Source: Dehalococcoidia bacterium (GTDB lineage: Bacteria; Chloroflexota; Dehalococcoidia; Lucifugimonadales; UBA1123). Taken from it: 64,000 nt of DNA. The notes beneath the pieces were generated by a model. The model was not told the DNA's origin and made no database searches. It was given only the letters and a program-made list of their open reading frames with translations. This document shows positions 8,327 to 15,520 of this stretch, piece by piece. The position numbers were made by a program, and so were the translations under genes. Within the stretch, counting starts at the first letter, position 1. The number at the start of each line of letters is the position of its first letter. Where the stretch lies: positions 58 through 64,057 of the forward strand of contig DAOULF010000060.1 of the NCBI GenBank assembly GCA_034420555.1. The letters are read 5' to 3'.

Positions 8327-10003
8327 TCACATCCTGTCCGGCGCGCTCATGCCCATTAGCGACAGGCAGCGCGCGAGCGCTATTCTGGACGCCAGGCACA
8401 GCCGCAGTCTCGCCTTGGTTAGCTCCTCTTCGCCTCCCACTGTCGAAATCACGCGGCACTGCTGGTAGAACCAGTGGAACGCCGTCGCCAACTCCTGCGC
8501 GTAGTGGGGCAGGTGGTGTACCTCCAGGTTGGTCGCCATGACCTCGACGAGTTCGGGCAATTGCACTATCTTGCGGATCAGCGCCAGCTCCGCCTCATGG
8601 TCCAGCAGCGACAGGTCGGCGTCCCCGAACTCGATATTGCGCTCCCTTGCGCCGGCGATGATGCTCGCTATGCGCGCGTGGGCGTACTGGACGTAATAGA
8701 CGGGGTTGTCGGAGGACTGGCGGGAGGCGAGTTCCAGGTCGAACTCCATCTGCGTCTCGGCGGCGCGCGACAGGAAGAAGTAGCGGCAGGCGTCCGCCCC
8801 TACCTGGTCAACCAGGTCGTCAACCGTGATTATGTCCCCGGAGCGTTTCGATAGGCGCACCAGTTCGTCGCCCTGCTTGAATGTGACCATCTGGTAGATC
8901 ATCAGGGTGAGCCGTTCGGGGTCAACGCCCATCGCTGAGACGGCGGCCTTCATGCGGCTGACGTGGCCCTGGTGGTCCGCGCCCCATATATCCACAACTC
9001 GCTCGAAGCCGCGCTCGACGAACTTGTTGTGGTGGTAGGCGACGTCGGAGGCGAAGTAGGTGGGCGCGCCGTTGGAGCGTATCAGCACCGCGTCGTTCTC
9101 GGCGCCGAGTTCGGTGGCCGCGAACCACACCGCGCCGTCGCGCTCCGCGCGGTAGCCGCGCTCGTCTATCAGCGACATCACGCCGTCGAAGCCGCCCTCG
9201 GAATAGAGGCCGCGCTCTCTGAACCAGACGTCGTAGCCCACGCCCAGCCTGTCCAGCGAGTCCCTGATGGAGTCCACCATCGTTTCGAGCGCGACTTCGC
9301 CTATCGCGGCGGTGGCCTGTTCGGGGTCCATGTCCAGGTACCTGTCGCCGTGCCTGTCCCTTATCGCACGCGCCAGGTCGTTCATGTACTCGCCATGGTA
9401 GCCGTCCTCCGGAATCTCGGCCTGCCTGCCGCACTGCTGGAGGTAGCGCGCGTATGCGGTCTGGTAGAACAGTTCCATCTGGGTGCCGCCGTCATTGACG
9501 TAGTATTCGCGCTGAACGTCGCATCCCGCAGCCTCAAGCGCGTTGGCGAGCGCGCTTCCAAGGACCGCGCCCCTCGCGTGTCCCACGTGAACAGGGCCGG
9601 TTGGGTTCACGCTGACGAACTCCACCTGTACGCTCTCTCCGCCCCCGATGCCGGAATTGCCGAAAGTATCATCCTGTTCAATCACGCGGTCCACCTGGGA
9701 CTGGAGCCACCCCTCATCCAGTGAGAAGTTCACGAATCCAGGGCCCGCCACCCAGACTTTACCCACAATCTCAGAGTCGGGAAGCGCCGCGACCATCGCC
9801 TCGCCGATGGCCCTGGGGTTCATCCTCATCGGGCGGGCGAGCTTCATCGCAAGGCTGCACGAAAAGTCGCCGTTCTCGGCCTTCTGCGGCCTCTCTATGG
9901 ACAGGTCGGTAATTTCTACTTCCGGTAGCTGTTCGGTTGATTGGGCCGTATCGAGGGCAGTCTTGACGATTTCGGATATGTGTCTTCTGACTGATGTGGA
10001 CAT
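8327..10003 (-). CDS. argS: Arginine--tRNA ligase
   Basis: 558 aa. It has a class-I HIGH-type motif (NPTGPVHVGHARG), a KMSKS-like LSKRSGD, and the C-terminal ArgRS anticodon-binding (DALR) region ending in a terminal Met. Confidence 0.95.
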   Translation of the reverse strand: MSTSVRRHISEIVKTALDTAQSTEQLPEVEITDLSIERPQKAENGDFSCSLAMKLARPMRMNPRAIGEAMVAALPDSEIVGKVWVAGPGFVNFSLDEGWLQSQVDRVIEQDDTFGNSGIGGGESVQVEFVSVNPTGPVHVGHARGAVLGSALANALEAAGCDVQREYYVNDGGTQMELFYQTAYARYLQQCGRQAEIPEDGYHGEYMNDLARAIRDRHGDRYLDMDPEQATAAIGEVALETMVDSIRDSLDRLGVGYDVWFRERGLYSEGGFDGVMSLIDERGYRAERDGAVWFAATELGAENDAVLIRSNGAPTYFASDVAYHHNKFVERGFERVVDIWGADHQGHVSRMKAAVSAMGVDPERLTLMIYQMVTFKQGDELVRLSKRSGDIITVDDLVDQVGADACRYFFLSRAAETQMEFDLELASRQSSDNPVYYVQYAHARIASIIAGARERNIEFGDADLSLLDHEAELALIRKIVQLPELVEVMATNLEVHHLPHYAQELATAFHWFYQQCRVISTVGGEEELTKARLRLCLASRIALARCLSLMGMSAPDRM

Positions 10004-10027
10004 GAGAATTGCGATTGCCTCGGTTTT

Positions 10028-11086
10028 CTATCTCTTGTTGACGTGTATGGAGGGCGCATCTTTATCAGCGATTATCTCCCCGATAACCACGCGCGTCTGG
10101 ACGCTATGGGATTCCAGAGCCGACAGCAGCGCGCCGGTCTTTTCGTCGGAGACCGCTATCAGCAGTCCGCCGGAGGTCTGGGCGTCGGCGAGAAGGATCT
10201 TCTGCACGTCGGTTATGGAGTCGTCCCACGTGACGTCGGCTTCCATGGAATCGAGATTTCGATGGGTTCCGCCCGGGGCGACGCCGCTTTCGGCGAGTTC
10301 TGACGCGCCCGAGATGAACGGGATCGCGTCGAAGTTCAGCGACGCTCCCACGCCGCTCGCTCGCGTCATGCCTCTGAGGTGTCCCAGAAGGCCGAAGCCG
10401 GTGACGTCAACGCAGGCGTGGACTCCTACTTCATTCATCGCATAGGAGGCGTCATCGTTCAGTTGGCTCATTATGCTAACCGCCGTGTTGAGAACGTCTT
10501 CGGGCGCGACTCCCTGCTTGGCGGCTGTGGTGATTATCCCCGTGCCGATGGGCTTGGTGAGCACAAGATTGTCGCCCGGCTTCGCGCCCGCGTTGGTCAC
10601 GTGGTCGCCGGGGCGTACCACGCCCGTTACCGACAGGCCGTACTTGGGCTCCTCGTCGTCAACCGTGTGACCGCCGACTATCAGGACGCCCGCCTCGCGC
10701 GCCTTGTCCGCCCCGCCCACCAGGATATTGCCCAGCAGGTCCTTCGGGAGCGCGACCGGGAAGCCCACGATGTTCAGCGCGGTCAGCGGCCTTCCGCCCA
10801 TCGCGTACACGTCGCTCAGCGCGTTCGCCACCGCTATCTGGCCGAACGAATACGGGTCGTCAACTATCGGCGGGAAGAAGTCCACGGTCTGGATGAGCGC
10901 GGTGTCATCGTCCATGCGATAGACGGCGGCGTCGTCCCCGGTGTTGACGCCGACCAGCAGATTCGGGTCGGAAACCGGAGGGAGCTTGCTCAGGACCTGT
11001 CCCAGGTCCTCGGGGCTGAACTTGGACGCTCAACCCGCGCAGCTTGCGAGTTCGGTCAGCCGGATGTTTTCGTGCGTGGTGGTCAA
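10028..11086 (-). CDS. selD: Selenide, water dikinase SelD, selenocysteine-containing (in-frame UGA at 11032-11030)
   Basis: The tracked ORF (10028-10915) begins mid-protein (DDTALIQTVDFFPPIVDDPYSFGQIAVANALSDVYAMGG). Reading upstream in frame gives (TTG)TTTHENIRLTELASCAG-U-ASKFSPEDLGQVLSKLPPVSDPNLLVGVNTGDDAAVYRM, which is the SelD G(C/U)xxK active-site loop with UGA at the Cys/Sec position. AGGAG lies 9 nt upstream of TTG 11086. Confidence 0.85.
10992..11010 (-). promoter_or_regulatory. Candidate bacterial SECIS hairpin for selD
   Basis: On the mRNA, 19 nt after the UGA: AGGACCU-GGGAC-AGGUCCU (7-bp stem), with possible outer pairing UCAG/CUGA. Confidence 0.4.
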
Positions 11087-11290
11087 GGTACGGCTCCTGG
11101 ATTCTTTGTATGCGGAATTATAGAGCATTCCCGACATGGTTGCGCAAACCTGTATCAACCCGGTCGGAAGCATCTGTCATAAATTAGCCTTTATGTCATA
11201 CAGGTGACGTTCCAGGTGAGATTCCAATTGGAACAGGAGGCGAGTCACGTGGAAAGTGACCTGTAAACACCTGTCGTTAGCTTTGGATCG

Positions 11291-11395
11291 GAAATTTTTC
11301 GGTCGGATGAGGGATCATTGATAAGTTCTAGATTATATAATATAGGCACTTTTGTTCTGCGATGTGGGTATTGTAGCACAGTGGACGGAGGGTAG
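11291..11395 (+). repeat. ~100-bp non-coding element A, shared with 32948-33045
   Basis: Four collinear conserved blocks occur at the same spacing in both copies: TTTTTCGG(G)TCGG, CATTGATAA, GTTCTGC and GGTATTGTAGCA. Confidence 0.55.
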
Positions 11396-11491
11396 GGCAA
11401 GGTTGGCGCGCGTCCTCTCTTGGTTCGTGGGTATGATAAGATATGCCCCGATTATTCCGCCTGTGAGAATCGCACACGCCCAGCGTGCCGA

Positions 11492-11499
11492 TGTATAAT
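11492..11499 (+). promoter_or_regulatory. Possible extended -10 promoter box (TGTATAAT) for the island operon
   Basis: A perfect TGnTATAAT lies 28 nt upstream of ATG 11527 in an AT-rich leader. No good -35 box is present. Confidence 0.3.
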
Positions 11500-11526
11500 T
11501 CCCACATATTTACGCGGAGTGAACCT

Positions 11527-14500
11527 ATGACCACTGTCAACAGACCCAACAGAGACGCGCTTAATGATGCGCTGGACATATACCGCGACGCTATGCGTCC
11601 GTTCATCGTTCGAAACCTTCGAAGTGTTCAGGGCGCGCAGGTAAGCCAGTTGATAAGTCGTTCACTCCAATTCCGGACGAGCGCTCCCCGGAATCCCAAT
11701 GACCTTGAAGCCTCGATAGACATAAACGACTTTCCCTTGTTGATCAAGGATTACTGGCGCAACGTATTCTCATCAGTGTTCGCTTCCGATATGACCGTGC
11801 AAAACGCGCTCTGGCAGATTAAAGAAGCTCGCAATAAGGCCGCTCATCCAGCGCCCCAGGACATAGATCCAGAGTTCACCAGGGCGCACTTTTTCCATAT
11901 ATCAGATGTGCTGGGAAAGATGAATGCGTCCCAGGAAAAGCAAGCCGTTGAAAACATAAGAGAACGGCTATTCAGCAGTCCCGCTCCCGTAACTCCCTCA
12001 TTGACTGAACCAGAACCTGAAACCGACACCGAACCTGTTCAGCGGCAGCCTCGCACGTCCGGCGACCTTACGCCCTGGCGCGAGGTGATACAGCCCAACT
12101 CCGACGTTTCACTTGGAACGTTCCAGGAATCCGAGTTCGCGGCGAACTTGCAGCAGGTGCATGATGGACGCGCCGACGCCACCCAGTACGGCAATCCCGT
12201 CAGTTTCTTCGATCACACCTATATCACTCCCGGTATCAGAACCCTGCTTCTCAACACCCTCAGACGTATCGCGGGCAACGGTGGCGACCCGGTGATACAG
12301 ACCAAGACCGGATTCGGCGGCGGCAAGACTCACAGCCTCATTGCCCTCTACCACCTCGTCAACAATATCGGTGCGCTCACCAACCCCACGCAAGGCCGAG
12401 ACTCCCAGCAAACCAGCTCTGAGATACGCGCTATCGTCGAAGAAGTCGGACTCGATCCTGACCAGGGAATGGACGCCAGCGTCGCCGTGCTGGTTGGTAC
12501 CTACCTCTCTCCCACGGACACCAACGTGACCGACAGCGGCGACCCACTCAACACCCTCTGGGGCGAAATGGCATACCAGTTGGGCGGACAGGAAGCCTAC
12601 GACATCATTGGCGACGCGGCCAGGCGCGGCGTAGCGCCCGGCGAGAGGCTGCTCAACCAACTGTTCCAACACGTCGGCCCCTGTGTCATTCTCATAGACG
12701 AACTCGTGGCCTACGTGAGAAACGCCGGCGAAGCCCAGGACAACATCTATACATTCATCCAGAATCTCACAGAGTCGGTTAACGGCAGTGACCATGTTGC
12801 GCTTGTAGTTACCCTGCCTGAAAGCGCGGCGGAAGCCGGAGGCGATGCTGGACTCTACGCGCTCAACAGGCTCGACAGCATCCTCGGACGCATCGAAGCT
12901 ATCTGGGAGCCTTTGGAAGTCCATGAGGCGTTCGAGGTTGTTCGCCGTCGTCTCTTCGGAACCGAGATTGACCAGGCCGAACGGGACAGATCATGTGAGG
13001 CATTCTCCAGGATATACAGCAGGTCGCGACGTGACTACCCACAGGAGGCTGGGGAGCAGAACTATCTTGAACGTATGAAGGATTGCTATCCCATACACCC
13101 GGAGATATTCGACAGGCTCTATTCCGACTGGTCTTCTATCCATCGCTTCCAGCGCACCCGCGGCGTCCTGCGTATGCTGGCCCACTGTGTCAGCCGGCTC
13201 TACCTGGACGGCGACTCTTCTCCCCTGATAATGCCGGCGGATCTCCCACTTGACGATCCTGGTCTGAGCGGCGAATTCATCAGCATACTCGGCGAACAGT
13301 GGCGGCCGGTCCTCACCGAAGCCGACACCGACGGCTCCAGGACCGACATGATTGACCGCTCCTCGCAGAGATTTGGCAGATTCGGCGTATCCAGGCGTCT
13401 GGCGCGCGCCATCGTACTCGGCAGTGCGCCGGGCGGCGCTGTCAGGGGAATAGACACGAGCCGCATTCACCTCGCGACCGTACAGCCAGGACACGGCGTC
13501 CCCGTTTACAACGAAGCCCTGGGTCAGATGACCGGAGATCTCTACCACCTATACCACAGCGACGGCAGATACTACTTCCACGTCGAGGAAAATCTGAACA
13601 AGGTCGTCGCTGACCGCGCCGACTCCATGAGCGACCGAGAGATACACGACGAAATAGACAGGGTGATGAAAGAAGCCGTCGGACGCAGATCCGACGTCAT
13701 CATCTTCCCTCGAAACTCCGCCGAAGTCCCCGATACTGACTCCGTCCGACTCGTTATCCTTCCTTCTGGCAAGTCGCTCTCCAACCGCGCCAGCGAACCC
13801 GACGATGCTACTCCTGAGATACTGAACATCCTCCAGAACAGAGGCGACGCCTCTCGTGTTCGTAAGAATACCTTGCTCTTCCTCGTCGCCCGAAAGGACG
13901 AGGTTCGCAACCTGTATAGAGCAGTCCGAAACTACCTTGCCTGGACTTCGATCCAGAGCGGCGACCGCCGCATCGAAAGCCTCGAGGGTGACCGCCGAAG
14001 ACAGGTGGTTGACGGCGTGAGACAGTACGAATCCGAAGTCCGCGCCGCGCTCGTCAATGCCTACCGCTGGACCATGGCTCCGTACCAGCCGGATCCGCAG
14101 AATTCGTCCAGCTTCGACATGAACCCCTGGTCCATAAACGCGCGGGACACCGGCGAGATAGTCGAGAGCGCCTTCGACAAGTTCATTGAGGAAGAGGCGC
14201 TCGTTGATAACCTGTCCCCGGTCGCTCTCGACGCCATGCTCCAGCAGTATATCTGGAAATCCGGCCACGACCATGTGAGCGTTGAACAACTCTGGGATAT
14301 GATGACGGCCAACGTATATATGCACCGCCTGCGCAACAAGTCCGTCCTGGTGGACTGCATACGGCGCGGTATCCCCGAAGCCGCGTTCGGGTATGCCGAG
14401 GGCTACGACGCCAACGCGGACACCGATGAGTACCACGATATGCGCTTCGACGAGCCCCTGGATGAAGGGCTGTTCAGCATATCCGACCTGGAACACGGCA

Positions 14501-14880
14501 TTCTGATCAACCCCGAGATTGCTCGCCTCGTCAAGGAAGAACAGGCCAGCCGCCAGCGGGACGACCAACCTGAGCCGACACCCGCTGAACCCGGCGTTCC
14601 GGCAGCCCCGCCCCAACCTCCTGTTGTGGACACTGTACCTCCGAGCGCGCCCCCCGCCGTCACCCAAATAGTAGTGAACAAGACCTTCCAGAGCGAAATG
14701 GACCTGAACGACATCAGCCTCCTCAACGAGGAGATAATCCGAAACCTCGACGCTGACGGAGTGCAGATAACGGTCAGCGTAACCGTGTCCGCCACCAAGC
14801 AGGACGGCTTCTCCGAGAACATCGCCCGCTCCATCCGCGAGAACAGTGTCCAACTCGGCTTGGACCTCGAGCAGATATGA
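11527..14880 (+). CDS. DUF499-family P-loop ATPase with N-terminal Swt1-like HEPN domain
   Basis: 1117 aa from ATG 11527, with GGAG 8 nt upstream. The N-terminus (ALNDALDIYRDAMRPFIVRNL...WQIKEARNKAAHP) carries the Rx4H HEPN motif. Walker A is TKTGFGGGKTHSL and Walker B-like is CVILIDELVAY. The overall length, the Pro-rich linker (PEPTPAEPGVPAAPPQPP) and the small C-terminal domain are typical of DUF499 proteins. Confidence 0.8.
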   Translation: MTTVNRPNRDALNDALDIYRDAMRPFIVRNLRSVQGAQVSQLISRSLQFRTSAPRNPNDLEASIDINDFPLLIKDYWRNVFSSVFASDMTVQNALWQIKEARNKAAHPAPQDIDPEFTRAHFFHISDVLGKMNASQEKQAVENIRERLFSSPAPVTPSLTEPEPETDTEPVQRQPRTSGDLTPWREVIQPNSDVSLGTFQESEFAANLQQVHDGRADATQYGNPVSFFDHTYITPGIRTLLLNTLRRIAGNGGDPVIQTKTGFGGGKTHSLIALYHLVNNIGALTNPTQGRDSQQTSSEIRAIVEEVGLDPDQGMDASVAVLVGTYLSPTDTNVTDSGDPLNTLWGEMAYQLGGQEAYDIIGDAARRGVAPGERLLNQLFQHVGPCVILIDELVAYVRNAGEAQDNIYTFIQNLTESVNGSDHVALVVTLPESAAEAGGDAGLYALNRLDSILGRIEAIWEPLEVHEAFEVVRRRLFGTEIDQAERDRSCEAFSRIYSRSRRDYPQEAGEQNYLERMKDCYPIHPEIFDRLYSDWSSIHRFQRTRGVLRMLAHCVSRLYLDGDSSPLIMPADLPLDDPGLSGEFISILGEQWRPVLTEADTDGSRTDMIDRSSQRFGRFGVSRRLARAIVLGSAPGGAVRGIDTSRIHLATVQPGHGVPVYNEALGQMTGDLYHLYHSDGRYYFHVEENLNKVVADRADSMSDREIHDEIDRVMKEAVGRRSDVIIFPRNSAEVPDTDSVRLVILPSGKSLSNRASEPDDATPEILNILQNRGDASRVRKNTLLFLVARKDEVRNLYRAVRNYLAWTSIQSGDRRIESLEGDRRRQVVDGVRQYESEVRAALVNAYRWTMAPYQPDPQNSSSFDMNPWSINARDTGEIVESAFDKFIEEEALVDNLSPVALDAMLQQYIWKSGHDHVSVEQLWDMMTANVYMHRLRNKSVLVDCIRRGIPEAAFGYAEGYDANADTDEYHDMRFDEPLDEGLFSISDLEHGILINPEIARLVKEEQASRQRDDQPEPTPAEPGVPAAPPQPPVVDTVPPSAPPAVTQIVVNKTFQSEMDLNDISLLNEEIIRNLDADGVQITVSVTVSATKQDGFSENIARSIRENSVQLGLDLEQI

Positions 14881-14933
14881 TACAATCGGCCCGAAGTTCG
14901 CGCTGGACGGTTGACGCAGGGGAATAGAAACAG

Positions 14934-15242
14934 ATGATGATGCGGGAAGAACGTGTTAGCTCCATGGAAGGACCCTATGATCATCTGGCTACCAGGGCTG
15001 ACGTGCAAGAACTGCGCGGCGAGATGAGAGCCATCACTGCCGAACTCGTCTCTGAAATCCGCGCCGCCACTGAGCGGCTGGAGAGCCAGATCGAATCTTC
15101 CAAGCAGGAACTTCTCGCCGAATTTGCATCCGAAATCCGCGCCTCTGAAATCCGCATCATCAAGTGGGGTGTGGGTATGGCGACCGGCGTCGCTCTCGGA
15201 ATGCTCGCCTCCATCGCGGCCATGCTCAGATTACTCGCCTGA
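14934..15242 (+). CDS. Small coiled-coil protein with C-terminal transmembrane anchor (DUF1640-like)
   Basis: 102 aa. It has heptad-like LATRADVQELRGEMRAITAELVSEIRAATERLESQIESSKQELLAEF and then a hydrophobic tail (WGVGMATGVALGMLASIAAMLRLL). The start is ambiguous (three consecutive ATGs). Confidence 0.55.
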   Translation: MMMREERVSSMEGPYDHLATRADVQELRGEMRAITAELVSEIRAATERLESQIESSKQELLAEFASEIRASEIRIIKWGVGMATGVALGMLASIAAMLRLLA

Positions 15243-15300
15243 TTTCCCGCTCTGTCCGATATAACAGCGTCCAGCTTGACCTGAGCATGGAGATGATTTA

Positions 15301-15516
15301 ATGAGTGGCCCAGTGAAGTATATTGTCGTAATCGAGAATGGCCCTACCAGCTACGGCGCGTATGTTCCCGACCTTCCCGGATGCGTCGCCGTCGCTGATA
15401 CCAAAGAAGATGTCTGCAAGCTGATACGCGAGGCCATCCAACTCTACGCGGAAGCTCTCCAAGAAGAAGGACTTCCATTGCCCTCGCCCCAGTCCTATGA
15501 ACTCATACAGGTGTAG
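15301..15516 (+). CDS. HicB-like (UPF0150) small protein, no DNA-binding domain, no adjacent HicA
   Basis: 71 aa. YIVVIENGPTSYGAYVPDLPGCVAVADTKEDVCKLIREAIQLYAEALQEEGLPLP is the canonical HicB N-terminal fold signature. The stop lies 4 nt before the methyltransferase ATG. Confidence 0.7.
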   Translation: MSGPVKYIVVIENGPTSYGAYVPDLPGCVAVADTKEDVCKLIREAIQLYAEALQEEGLPLPSPQSYELIQV

Positions 15517-15520
15517 GCTA

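Noticed and set aside
11291-11395. Assigning sigma-70 (-35 TTGATA / -10) or sigma-54 (GGCAC-n5-TTGC-like) promoters within shared elements A and B
   Set aside because: Spacings between the candidate hexamers are wrong (12-14 nt, or more than 40 nt). The sigma-54-like match exists only in copy A. No promoter call is made for the element itself.
12109-14853. Minus-strand ORFs 12109-12924 (271 aa), 12991-13548 (185 aa) and 13549-14853 (434 aa)
   Set aside because: All are antisense to the continuous 1117-aa DUF499 ORF, which has Walker motifs. The antisense ORFs are low-complexity with skewed composition.
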